Assembly (NCBI GenBank): GCA_965218795.1
Contig: OZ244653.1
Location: 1,056,001 to 1,120,000, forward strand
From: a bacterium
GTDB lineage: Bacteria; UBA8248; JACPRG01; G963555815
DNA: 64,000 nucleotides
Reading direction: 5' to 3'
A model generated the notes under the pieces. It made no database searches, was not told the DNA's origin, and worked only from the letters and a program-made list of their open reading frames with translations. Below are positions 20,089 to 29,304 of this stretch, one piece after another. The position numbers and the translations under genes were made by a program. Position 1 is the stretch's first letter, and each line of letters opens with the position of its first letter.

Positions 20089-20904
20089 ATGACGACTGCG
20101 ACGGTAGCCAAGAAGGACCTGATCGACCTCCCCCCCCGAGAGATTCGCGCCCTCACCCGCGAACGAAAATGGACGGGCAGCACCGAGGGCCTGAGCGAGG
20201 GGTACGCGCAGGCCAACCTCGTTATCGTTCCTGAAGAAGTCGCCTTCGAGTTCCTGCTCTTTTGCCTGAGGAATCCCAAACCGTGCCCGATCGTCGAGGT
20301 AACGGACCCCGGATCGCCCATGATCCGGCAGGTGGCCCGCCAGGCCGATCTGCGAACCGACCTTCCGCGCTACTGCGTATACCGGGAGGGCGAGCTGGCC
20401 GCCGAGGTTGAGGACATATCAGAAGCCTGGCGAGACGACCTGGTCGGCGTCCTCATCGGTTGCAGCTATACCTTTGAAACGGCACTTTTGAACGCCAACA
20501 TCCCTCTCAAACATATGGAACTGAACAAGCCGGGACCCCTGTATATGACGAACATTCAGTGTGTGCCCGCCGGACGATTCTCCGGTCCCATGGTGGTGAG
20601 TATGCGGCCCGTCAAGCATCACCAAGTGGTTCGGGCGGTTCAGGTGACATCGAGGTTTCCGGCCACACATGGCGCTCCGGTCCATATCGGCGACCCGGAA
20701 CTGATCGGCGTCCACGACCTGGACGATGTTTGTTACGACACCTCCACGGTCCCCATCGAGGACGATGAGGTACCGGTATTTTGGGGGTGCGGCTGCACGC
20801 CCCAGGCTGTCGCCCTGGCGTCGAACGTCGACTTCATGATCACCCATAAGGCCGGACACCTGTTTCTGACGGATACGCTATCGGAGGAGATTGCGGCGCT
20901 TTAA
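20089..20904 (+). CDS. DUF1445/UPF0317 putative hydro-lyase, copy 2
   Basis: Same motif set as copy 1 (GCSYTFE, FWGCGCTPQ). Confidence 0.9.
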   Translation: MTTATVAKKDLIDLPPREIRALTRERKWTGSTEGLSEGYAQANLVIVPEEVAFEFLLFCLRNPKPCPIVEVTDPGSPMIRQVARQADLRTDLPRYCVYREGELAAEVEDISEAWRDDLVGVLIGCSYTFETALLNANIPLKHMELNKPGPLYMTNIQCVPAGRFSGPMVVSMRPVKHHQVVRAVQVTSRFPATHGAPVHIGDPELIGVHDLDDVCYDTSTVPIEDDEVPVFWGCGCTPQAVALASNVDFMITHKAGHLFLTDTLSEEIAAL

Positions 20905-20943
20905 CCGCGATTCCAGCCCGCGTTTCGACCTGACGAGCTTCCA

Positions 20944-21756
20944 ATGCTCACCGCCGCTGTCTCGAAAGACGCCCTGTCGGATCTGAGCCCGAGGGAAATC
21001 CGTGCGCTCACCCGGGAAGGCAGATGGCAAGGCCGCTCCGAATCCCTCGCCCCGGGCCATGTTCAGGCCAATGTCACCGTCCTGCCGAGAGACACGGCGT
21101 TCGATTTCCTCCTGTTCTGCCAACGAAACCCAAAGCCTTGTCCATTGCTGGAAGTGACGGACCCGGGCTCTCCGCTCCTTTGTCGGATGGCGGATGCGGA
21201 CCTCCGTACGGATCTGTCCCGATACCAGGTTTTCGAAAAGGGCCGTCCGATTGATGAGCCGGAGAATATCCTTGAACTGTGGCAAGAAAATTGGGTCGGG
21301 TTTCTTCTGGGATGCAGTGACTCGTTCGAAACGGCCCTCCTCAGCGCCGGGGTTTCGTTACGCCACATCGAAGAGAACAGGAGCGCTCCCATCTACGAGA
21401 CGAACCTGCCCTGTACGTCGGCGGGGCGCTTCTCAGGACCCCTGCTCGTCAGTATGCGGCCCATCCGAAGCGACCAGGCCGTCCGGGCCATTCAGGTGAC
21501 TTCGCGCCTGCCCGCGGCACACGGCGCGCCGGTCCACATCGGCGATCCATCCGCCATGGGGATCGACGATCTGGCCGATACACGCTACGGCACCGACCCG
21601 ATGACGATCGGTCCGGATGAGGTCCCCCTTTTCTGGGCCTGCGCCTTTACACCCCAGGCCGCTGCGCTGGCCGCGGGGATCGACTTCATGATCACCCACA
21701 AGCCGGGACACTTGTTCATCACCGACCGGTTGACGGAGGAAGTTGCCGCACTATAG
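20944..21756 (+). CDS. DUF1445/UPF0317 putative hydro-lyase, copy 3 (divergent)
   Basis: Same motif set with GCSDSFE and FWACAFTPQ variants. Confidence 0.88.
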   Translation: MLTAAVSKDALSDLSPREIRALTREGRWQGRSESLAPGHVQANVTVLPRDTAFDFLLFCQRNPKPCPLLEVTDPGSPLLCRMADADLRTDLSRYQVFEKGRPIDEPENILELWQENWVGFLLGCSDSFETALLSAGVSLRHIEENRSAPIYETNLPCTSAGRFSGPLLVSMRPIRSDQAVRAIQVTSRLPAAHGAPVHIGDPSAMGIDDLADTRYGTDPMTIGPDEVPLFWACAFTPQAAALAAGIDFMITHKPGHLFITDRLTEEVAAL

Positions 21757-21810
21757 GCAAACTGGACAGGCCAAGGGTCCGCGGCACGAGCGACCTCGAA
21801 GAGGAAGCCA

Positions 21811-22842
21811 TTGAAAGCAGCCCTGTTTCACGAATATGGTTCCGCCGATACCCTGAAATTCGAGGACGTCGAACCCTTGCCCGTCGGGCCGCGGGATGCC
21901 CGGGTCAAGGTCCGGGCATCGGCCATGAATTGGCTGGACATCACGGTTCGGAGCGGCCAGTACCGCGCGAACCGGGATTTTCCGCACATCCTCGGGAGCG
22001 ACATCGCCGGGGAAGTCGTCGAGGTCGGCTCCGAAGTCACCAACGTCAAGCCCGGCGACCCCGTTGTGGTTTACGCCACAGTCAGTTGCGGGGCCTGCGA
22101 GCTGTGCAGGCGGGGCGAACCCAACGGCTGCCGGCATTATCGGTATTACGGCTCTGTCCTCTGGGGGGGCTACGCCCAATACTGGACCGGCCTGGCGGCC
22201 AATCTGATCCCCCTGTATCACGGACTGGATTTCGCCGAATGCGCCGCCGTCAACCTCACCTTTCTGACGGCCTGGCACATGCTCAGACGGGCCGAAGCGC
22301 GGGCGGGCGAGGACATCCTGATCCACGCGGCGGGAAGCGGCGTGGGCGTTGCCGCGGTTCAACTCGCGAAGCTCCAGGGTCTCCGAGTCATCGGCACGGC
22401 GGGCACGGATGAGAAATGTCAGCGGGCGCTGGACCTCGGAGCCGATCACATGATCAACTACAAGAAGCAGAACTTCCGCGAGGAGGTGATGACGTTCACC
22501 GGGAAGCGGGGCGTGGACGTCGTTGTCGATCACGTGGGGAAGGACACCTGGGAGGACAGTGTCCGAAGCCTGACGCGGATGGGCCGCCTCGTCACGTGCG
22601 GGGGCACATCGGGTTATGACGTCAACATGAACCTGGCATTCCTGTTTCAGAAACAACTGAGCCTCATCGGTTCGATTCACGGCACCCTGTATGAGTTGGC
22701 GACGATCATCAAGTTATTGGAGGCGGGCCGGGTCAAGCCGATCATCGCCCGGAAATTCCCGCTCCGGGAGGCCGCGGAGGCCCACCGGCTGATGGAATCG
22801 CGGGATTTGTTCGGGAAGATCATCCTGGAGCCCGAGCACTGA
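21811..22842 (+). CDS. MDR-superfamily zinc-binding dehydrogenase / quinone-reductase-like
   Basis: CGACELC-x7-C structural Zn cluster, AAGSGVG, FGKIIL. TTG start. Confidence 0.88.
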   Translation: MKAALFHEYGSADTLKFEDVEPLPVGPRDARVKVRASAMNWLDITVRSGQYRANRDFPHILGSDIAGEVVEVGSEVTNVKPGDPVVVYATVSCGACELCRRGEPNGCRHYRYYGSVLWGGYAQYWTGLAANLIPLYHGLDFAECAAVNLTFLTAWHMLRRAEARAGEDILIHAAGSGVGVAAVQLAKLQGLRVIGTAGTDEKCQRALDLGADHMINYKKQNFREEVMTFTGKRGVDVVVDHVGKDTWEDSVRSLTRMGRLVTCGGTSGYDVNMNLAFLFQKQLSLIGSIHGTLYELATIIKLLEAGRVKPIIARKFPLREAAEAHRLMESRDLFGKIILEPEH

Positions 22843-22884
22843 GAACCCAAAGGAGAGGCGAGCCGGCGTTTCCGGCAACCCGCT

Positions 22885-23095
22885 GAGCCCAACCGGCGCC
22901 GTCTTGGACCGGGAACCGTTCCGGGGGGAAAGACTCTGTTCGAGAACTGGATCGGCCGAATTCAGCCGCCCAATCTCATGAAACCCACGCTGATGGATCG
23001 GTCTGAAGCCCCATGCAAGGAGGTGGCCGGCCCGGAAGAGGAAGGCGGCCTCCAAAAGCTTTCCATTGATATGTACACGGGGAAGATGGACCCTC
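22885..23095 (+). pseudogene. Possible UbiD-family gene remnant
   Basis: In-frame GKTLFENWIGRIQPPNLMKPTLMDRSEAPCKEV...LQKLSIDMYTGK resembles PPRLVDTGPCKEV...ITHLPIPVYAEK of the intact UbiD at 60398. Confidence 0.4.
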
Positions 23096-23281
23096 TTCCT
23101 CTCCAAGTTCGTCTGCTTCACCCGGCGCCCCGACACGGACGCCAACCACTTCGCGAGCTGACGTCTCCACGCCAAGGGTCTCAAGATCGGCGGCGGGACC
23201 TTCCGTCGCGATCAGGCTCGACTCAGCGGCAACGCCGAATCATTGCGCATCCGCCCGTTCCCCTGAAAAGGACATAAACCC

Positions 23282-24787
23282 TTGGCGCGCCGACATCATA
23301 TGATCGTCATCGGAGGCGGATCGGCCGGCTGCGTGATCGCCGCCAGGCTTTCCGAGGATCCCGGGCGGAACGTCCTTCTCCTGGAGCGCGGGGACGACCC
23401 GCATCCCGTTCCGGACCTCGTGTCCGACCCCATGCAAGCCCGCCGGATCCGCGTCGACACCCACTACGTCGCCCGGTATCCGACCCAAAGAAATTTCGAC
23501 GCCAGCGGATTCGACACCCTGGCCGCCCGGGTCATGGGCGGCGGGTCCACCGTCAACATGATGTCCGTCACACGACCGCTCCAGGCGGATTTCAACGCGT
23601 GGGCCGCCCTGGGCAATTCGGAATGGTCGTGGGGAAAGATGCTCCCCATTCTCAAGCGGATGGAATCGGATCGCGAATATCCCAGCCACCCTCTCCACGG
23701 GTCCGGAGGCCCCCTGCATTGCGAACGCCGCCTGGACTTCTCGGACCCTATCGACGGAATCGAAAGGGCCCTGGTGGAAGGCGCCCTGGACATGGGCCTG
23801 CCGATCTCGCCGGACCACAACGCTCCCTCGCCGTACGGGATTTCCAGGTCTGTCTCCAACATCAAGGAAGGCCGGCGTCAGTCCGCCGCCATAGCCTATC
23901 TGGAGCCTGCCAGACGGCGGGGAAACCTCAGGATCGTCGACAAGGCCCAGGTGCTCGCCCTGGACATCGAGGGCAGCCGGGCCGTGGGCGTCCGGTATTC
24001 GAAGGATGGCCGGGCACACACGGCAACGGGAGAGCGGATTGTCCTCAGCGCGGGGGTCTATCACTCGCCGCAGATCCTGATGTTGTCGGGGATCGGTCCG
24101 ACGGAAGGAGTGGAGGCGCACGGAATTCGCGCCGTTCACGAATTGAAGGGGGTCGGAACGAACCTTCAGGATCACTCCGTGGTCACGCTGACGTTCGAAG
24201 CGGCCAGGGCGACGGACACCGCCTGGCTCGTCCCGGGATTCGTCCTGAACCTGAAAAGCGATCCGGGCCGCCGCCACCTCGACACCCACGTCTACATCCG
24301 GCCCATCGCTGAGGGAAACGGAGGCGAACCCGTCTATCCGATCACCGTCCATCTGCTCGAACAGCGGACCCGGGGCCGGGTGTATCTCCGCAGCCCCGAT
24401 CCGTTGGATCCGCCGGGAATCGATCCGAACATGCTGGAAGACCCCGGGGACGTGGAAGCCCTCGTTCGTTCGATGCGGTTCGTTGAGCGGTTGGCGCAAA
24501 CCCCGCCCATGAAAGCGTTTTACGGCTCCCTGCTCCGGCCCCGGACCGATGAAGACTGGGCCGGTTACGCGCGGTCGAATTACGACAGCTTCCGCCACGG
24601 CGTCGGGACCTGCGCCATGGGTCCGGAGGCGGGTCAAGGAGCCGTCGTCGACCCGCAATTGCGCGTACACGGATTCGACAACCTTTATGTGGCCGACGCC
24701 TCCGTGATGCCCATCCTTCCACACGCTCACACCAACCTCGCCGCCATGATGATCGGCGAGCGGTTCGCCGAATTGTTCCCCGGCTGA
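23282..24787 (+). CDS. GMC-family FAD oxidoreductase (choline dehydrogenase-like)
   Basis: IGGGSAGC, MGGGSTVN, SPQILMLSGIG, VGTNLQDH, HGVGTCAMG, VADASVMP, HTN. Confidence 0.92.
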   Translation: MARRHHMIVIGGGSAGCVIAARLSEDPGRNVLLLERGDDPHPVPDLVSDPMQARRIRVDTHYVARYPTQRNFDASGFDTLAARVMGGGSTVNMMSVTRPLQADFNAWAALGNSEWSWGKMLPILKRMESDREYPSHPLHGSGGPLHCERRLDFSDPIDGIERALVEGALDMGLPISPDHNAPSPYGISRSVSNIKEGRRQSAAIAYLEPARRRGNLRIVDKAQVLALDIEGSRAVGVRYSKDGRAHTATGERIVLSAGVYHSPQILMLSGIGPTEGVEAHGIRAVHELKGVGTNLQDHSVVTLTFEAARATDTAWLVPGFVLNLKSDPGRRHLDTHVYIRPIAEGNGGEPVYPITVHLLEQRTRGRVYLRSPDPLDPPGIDPNMLEDPGDVEALVRSMRFVERLAQTPPMKAFYGSLLRPRTDEDWAGYARSNYDSFRHGVGTCAMGPEAGQGAVVDPQLRVHGFDNLYVADASVMPILPHAHTNLAAMMIGERFAELFPG

Positions 24788-24889
24788 TCCGCCGCGGGGA
24801 CATCGATCACCTTCCTCTCCACGCCAGGTCACGCCTTCCCTTCCTCCATGCTTGGGAGGAGGCGCTGGAGCGTCTCTCGACGGCACCCT

Positions 24890-25078
24890 GATGATTGGAC
24901 GTTTTGGGCCGGCTTCAACGATATCGCCATGACGGCCGGGCACGCGACGACGTTCGAGAACGACAAGGAAACGGCCGCGACGGGTATCATCGTCACCGGG
25001 CTGGCGGGAAAGGGTTTCCCAATCGAGATCAACGAGATCGCGGTCCTGCCCGCGTCATCGCCCCGCCCATCAAATTGA
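24890..25078 (+). pseudogene. Possible RidA/YjgF-family C-terminal remnant
   Basis: WAGFNDI...AATGIIVTGLAGKGFPIEINEIAVLP resembles the Rid C-terminal strands. No N-terminal part is visible. Confidence 0.35.
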
Positions 25079-25116
25079 CTGTCGGGTTTCGAGGGAGCGT
25101 TCGGTCTCGGAGGGAA

Positions 25117-26739
25117 TCAGAAAGCGTACGTGAACTCACCCATGGTCCCTGTTTCGGCCTCCGCTCTCAACTGATTGCGCCGGATCTTCCCATTGGCCGT
25201 CTTTGGCAACTCCGGAAGAAACTCGATCATTTTGGGGACCTTGTAAGGAGCGATTCGCCCGAGGAGCGTTTCCCGAATCTCTCGGGCCACCTCCCGGCCG
25301 GGTTCACCGCCCGGTTTCAGAACAACGAACGCCTTGATTCGCTGCCCCAGCTCCGCGTCCGGAACGCCGATCACCCCCGCCTCCAGCACGCCCGGGTGTT
25401 CCATGCAGGTCTCTTCGACCTCCTTTGGAGACACCAGATAACCCCGGCTCTTGATCAGGTCGTCCTGCCGGCTCAGGTACCAGAGGTAGCCGTCCCCGTC
25501 GAACCGCGCGATGTCGCCGGTGTAGTAGAAGCCGTCAACGAAACTTTCGGCGAATGTCTCGGGCATCTCCCGGTACTCGAGGAACATGGCGGGATGGTCC
25601 CCGCGAACGGCGATCCGTCCGGGCTCTCCGTCAGGCACGGGACCGCCTTCGTCACCGTGAAGCTCGACAACGATCCCGGGAAAAACCTTTCCCGCAGAGC
25701 CGGGCTTGATCGGTTCGCCATAGAGGTTGCAGCAGAACTTCTGCAACTCCGAAACTCCGATCCCGTCGAGGATGTCGCAGCCGAACCGCTCCTTCCACGT
25801 CCGGTAGGTTTCGGGAGGCAGGGTCTCCCCTGAACTCATGCAGACCCTCAGCGCGCCCAGGTCGAAGCGATCCCCTACGGGCGTTCGGGCCAGGATCATC
25901 CGGTACGCCGTCGGGACCGTGGCGAAGATGGTGATCCTCATCTCCGAAACGATGCGGACGGCCTCTGTCGGATCGAACCGTTCCGGGTGGATGTAGATGG
26001 CCGCGCCGCAATAGAGCGGATAGAACAGCCCATGCCCCAGCCCGAATCCGAAGCTGAAATCCGCCGGACTCCAGATCCGATCCTCGGGGGTTGCCTTCAT
26101 GGCGAGCTTTCCGATTGGATCGCCGGTGCCGACAAGCCAGCGGTGGGCGTGGACGATCCCCTTGGGTCGGCCGGTCGTCCCGGACGTGTAGAGCATATAC
26201 GCCACGTCTTCGGAGGTTGCCGGCAGGCCCGGCGGGCCGACAGGCCCGGCCGAAGAAAGTGAGTCAAAGGCGACCGTTCCATCACCCTCGCCGTCGAACA
26301 GGATCACGTTCTTCAGGGTCGGACAATCCCGCCGGACGTCCAGAACCGCGTCCAGGCGGTCGCGGGTTGTGAACACCGCGACCGCATCGGCGTTCTCGAT
26401 CACCTGTCGAAGCTCTCTCGGTCCCAGCAAGGCGCTGGTCAGGACCGGGACCGCGCCAATCTTCATTCCGGCCAGGACGGAGATGACATATTCGGGCCGG
26501 TTACCCGATCGGAGGATGTACGCCTTGCCCCGCGTAATCCCCAGTTCCACGAGCGCTCCGGCCATTCGCAGGCTGCGCGCCTCCAGCTCCCCGAAGGTGA
26601 TTTTCTCTTTTCCATAGAGGATGGCTGTGTCGTCCGCCCTGCCCTCTTCCACCCACCGTGCGCACGCGGCATGCGCCATGTTGAAATCCGGCGGCACGTT
26701 CAGATAGTCGGGGGGCAGCGGTACGTCCCAGTTCCCCAT
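25117..26739 (-). CDS. AMP-forming acyl-CoA synthetase, benzoate-CoA ligase-like
   Basis: YTSGTTGRPKG, FGFGLG, SSGETLP, DGIGVSE, YYTGD, SRQDDLIKSRG, PKTANGK. Confidence 0.9.
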   Translation of the reverse strand: MGNWDVPLPPDYLNVPPDFNMAHAACARWVEEGRADDTAILYGKEKITFGELEARSLRMAGALVELGITRGKAYILRSGNRPEYVISVLAGMKIGAVPVLTSALLGPRELRQVIENADAVAVFTTRDRLDAVLDVRRDCPTLKNVILFDGEGDGTVAFDSLSSAGPVGPPGLPATSEDVAYMLYTSGTTGRPKGIVHAHRWLVGTGDPIGKLAMKATPEDRIWSPADFSFGFGLGHGLFYPLYCGAAIYIHPERFDPTEAVRIVSEMRITIFATVPTAYRMILARTPVGDRFDLGALRVCMSSGETLPPETYRTWKERFGCDILDGIGVSELQKFCCNLYGEPIKPGSAGKVFPGIVVELHGDEGGPVPDGEPGRIAVRGDHPAMFLEYREMPETFAESFVDGFYYTGDIARFDGDGYLWYLSRQDDLIKSRGYLVSPKEVEETCMEHPGVLEAGVIGVPDAELGQRIKAFVVLKPGGEPGREVAREIRETLLGRIAPYKVPKMIEFLPELPKTANGKIRRNQLRAEAETGTMGEFTYAF

Positions 26740-26894
26740 GAAGTCTCCCCTTCGCATGGCGTGGGGCAAAGACGGGGCAACAAAAATTTTCAAAGGCATT
26801 ATTATAGGAGCTTCTGGAACGCTTGGTGCAGGCGAACTGCGACGCTTCAGTCGGTGCTGAAGGAAGCGGGAGTCTCATGCGGATGAAGCCCTGG

Positions 26895-27087
26895 ATGTCC
26901 TTTGCAGAGCCGACGCATGGTCTGAGGATTCATTATGAAGTCCAGCAGGGAAGGTCCGCCCCACCATGCCGAACAGATTCACGGCCTGATACGGAGATCG
27001 CAACTGGTGATCCTCGAATGGCGCGGGCACGTCACGCTGATTGAGGTTCTGGAGTCCTTCGCCCGCCTCTGCCTGGATCCCTGCTAA
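26895..27087 (+). pseudogene. Internally deleted alpha/beta hydrolase relic
   Basis: N-terminal MSFAEPTHGLRIHYEVQ directly followed, in another frame, by C-terminal AEQIHGLIRRSQLVILEWRGHVTLIEVLESFARLCLDPC*. Confidence 0.5.
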
Positions 27088-27125
27088 GCCTGTCCTCGAA
27101 TGTCTTAATCGGGGGCAGGAATGAC
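27074..27125 (-). repeat. Long (~52 bp) REP-like variant with inner hairpin
   Basis: tggatccctgctaagcctgtcctcgaatgtcttaatcgggggcaggaatgac aligns by eye with the reverse complement of 28461-28513. Confidence 0.65.
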
Positions 27126-27362
27126 GGGCGCGGGCGAAGCATGCCCCCGAATACTTCAATCGGGGGGCGGTGTCATCTCAGCCGTCATCTGAATGGGCAC
27201 TTCATGATGGACAAAGGGAAGGCGCGAGAGGCACAATAACTCAATCTTCCATGCGATCCGGCTCGGGCGCAGCGCATCCACCGGATAGCGCATCGCCTCG
27301 GAGCGGGGGCCGAGTCGAGGCCAATCCGGGCCATCGAATCTTGAACGGTAAGGAGAGTCAAA

Positions 27363-27743
27363 ATGCCTTGGGAAGCGATCAAATCCGACAACCTGCCGGG
27401 CCACATTACCTGGATGACCCCGGCGGCGAAGGTTGGAAATCTGCTCATCACGGGCGGCCAGGTTCCCCGGGACCCGAAAACGCTGGAGATCCCCAAAGAT
27501 ATCCAGGGTCAAACCCGTCAGTGCATGGAAAATCTGAAAACCGTCGTTGAGGCCGCGGGCGGAACCATGAGCGACTACATCCGTTTCACGGTCTACATCA
27601 CCGACATGAAGAATTGGGCGGCCATGAACGAAGTGTACCGGGAATTCATCAACGAAGAAAAGCCTCCGGCCCGGCTTTGCTGCCAGACCGGCCTGAATAC
27701 GGATTACCTGGTAGAAATTGACGGAATCGCTGTCATCGATTAA
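27363..27743 (+). CDS. RidA/YjgF family protein
   Basis: GGQVP, QTRQCMENL, MNEVYREF, PPAR (catalytic Arg), VEIDGIA. Confidence 0.9.
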   Translation: MPWEAIKSDNLPGHITWMTPAAKVGNLLITGGQVPRDPKTLEIPKDIQGQTRQCMENLKTVVEAAGGTMSDYIRFTVYITDMKNWAAMNEVYREFINEEKPPARLCCQTGLNTDYLVEIDGIAVID

Positions 27744-27791
27744 GGGATCGATCCCCGCGCGGGGGATCCATTGAATAGAGGGGGAAGGACA

Positions 27792-28229
27792 ATGACTGCC
27801 CCTGTCCGCGTAACCGGCCTGCACCACATCACGTTGGTCACGCGCCACATGGATGACATGGTCGAATTTTTTGAAGAGGTCGTGGGCTTGGGTCTGGTGA
27901 AATCCGATGTCAACCTGGATTCTCCCGATCAGAGCCATTACTTCTTCGGCGATGAAGAAGGCAATCCCTCGTCATTGGTCACTTTCTTCGAGATTCCGGA
28001 GGCGGGGGACAACCACCTCGGCGCCGGCGGCATGCACCACATCGCGATCGGAGTGGAGGAAGAAAGCGACCTCTATGGGCAAATACAGCTTCTCGATTCC
28101 AAAGGGATCGAGCATTCGGGGATCGTCGATCGGCATTATTGGAAGGCCCTGTATTTCCGCGGTCCGGATGGCTTGCTGGTCGAGTTCGCCACCCAGGGAC
28201 CGCCTATCCGAGCCTTCGAACACAATTGA
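27792..28229 (+). CDS. VOC/glyoxalase family protein
   Basis: GLHHITLV, HYFFGD, LVTFFE, MHHIAI, ALYFRGPDGLLVEF. Confidence 0.88.
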   Translation: MTAPVRVTGLHHITLVTRHMDDMVEFFEEVVGLGLVKSDVNLDSPDQSHYFFGDEEGNPSSLVTFFEIPEAGDNHLGAGGMHHIAIGVEEESDLYGQIQLLDSKGIEHSGIVDRHYWKALYFRGPDGLLVEFATQGPPIRAFEHN

Positions 28230-28405
28230 TATGGGGAATGGTTAGCTGTATGACTAGGCTTCTTTCCTCACAGATAGAATAAACTTCTTGACCGTGACGA
28301 TGGGTCGTCTCCCCATGTTGCGACAGCCCTGATGAGGGCGCTCGGTGTTGTAGAACTTGACGAGACGTCTTCAGATCCTTCTCTCACAGCCCGTCCTGTG
28401 TTGCC

Positions 28406-28431
28406 TGGATTCCTGCTTGCGCAGGAATGAC
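28406..28431 (-). repeat. REP-like palindrome
   Basis: tggattcctgcttgcgcaggaatgac. Confidence 0.72.
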
Positions 28432-28460
28432 GAAACAGAGTCACGCAACCCCACCCATCG

Positions 28461-28513
28461 GTCATTCCCGCCCCCGACGAAAGCCTTCGGGGACAGGCTG
28501 CGGCGGGAATCCA
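28461..28513 (+). repeat. Long REP-like variant with inner hairpin
   Basis: gtcattcccgcccccgacgaaagccttcggggacaggctgcggcgggaatcca. Confidence 0.7.
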
Positions 28514-28615
28514 TCTTCTCAGCCGTTGTCACGGCTCCTTCCCTCCGTTATCCGGGGGTTCTCGTTCCCCCTTTGCGAGATATCATTTGTTCGGGAAGAT
28601 ACCTAGTTGTACAGC

Positions 28616-28948
28616 TTAGCGAAGATACCGCATCTCCAGCGTGATGCATCCCTCGTCCGTTCGATACGGACCGTGCCTCATGCCGGGGGGACGGCAGGCG
28701 TACATCCCCTTCTTGAAGTGCTGGTCCCCGTCCCACTGGCTTCCTTCCACGATATAGACTTCCTCCCAAAAATCATGGACGAAGGTTTCCGTGCTCGCGG
28801 TGCCCGGCTCCGCCTTCAGGAGCCGAGTGATGAACATCTTATCCGGGTCCTCGCTCAAGATTTTCTGAAAATGACCCGGCGGGGACCCCTCCACGGGCAC
28901 CCACTCCAACCGATCGACAGGAAAGAACTCACGTTCCTCTTTGGGCAT
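28616..28948 (-). CDS. ChrR-like cupin domain protein
   Basis: TRLL..PG, VHDFWEEVYIVEG, YACRPPGMRHGPY. Confidence 0.85.
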   Translation of the reverse strand: MPKEEREFFPVDRLEWVPVEGSPPGHFQKILSEDPDKMFITRLLKAEPGTASTETFVHDFWEEVYIVEGSQWDGDQHFKKGMYACRPPGMRHGPYRTDEGCITLEMRYLR

Positions 28949-29304
28949 AATGGTTTTCCCTCGTTTCCTCTACGGGTCCATGAGACATTCAAGCCACGAT
29001 TGGAGCAAGTATCCGCACTTCGCGCGACGAAGACAAGGGGTCGAAACCTCAGTGAGCCCAAGCTCGAACGGATGTCAAAGATGATGGAGATACTTTCCAG
29101 GAGAGGGCTCTTTGGGAGGCAACGAGCCTCCGCGCTTTTGCGACGCCCATCGGGCGCCGCAGCCGGGCTGAATCGTGGTATCGAAAATCATAGCCCCTTG
29201 CGTCCGGCGAAACCGGCGGGTATTGATTGTTTTGGGGATTTAGGGATGATAGGGGTTCGGGTTGACTTCCGGATCGAGAGAACCGCTGTCCCGAGAGTAA
29301 CGCG

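Noticed and set aside
27748-27770. GC hairpin between ridA and the VOC gene as a terminator
   Set aside because: No U-tract. It may be an mRNA-stabilising hairpin.
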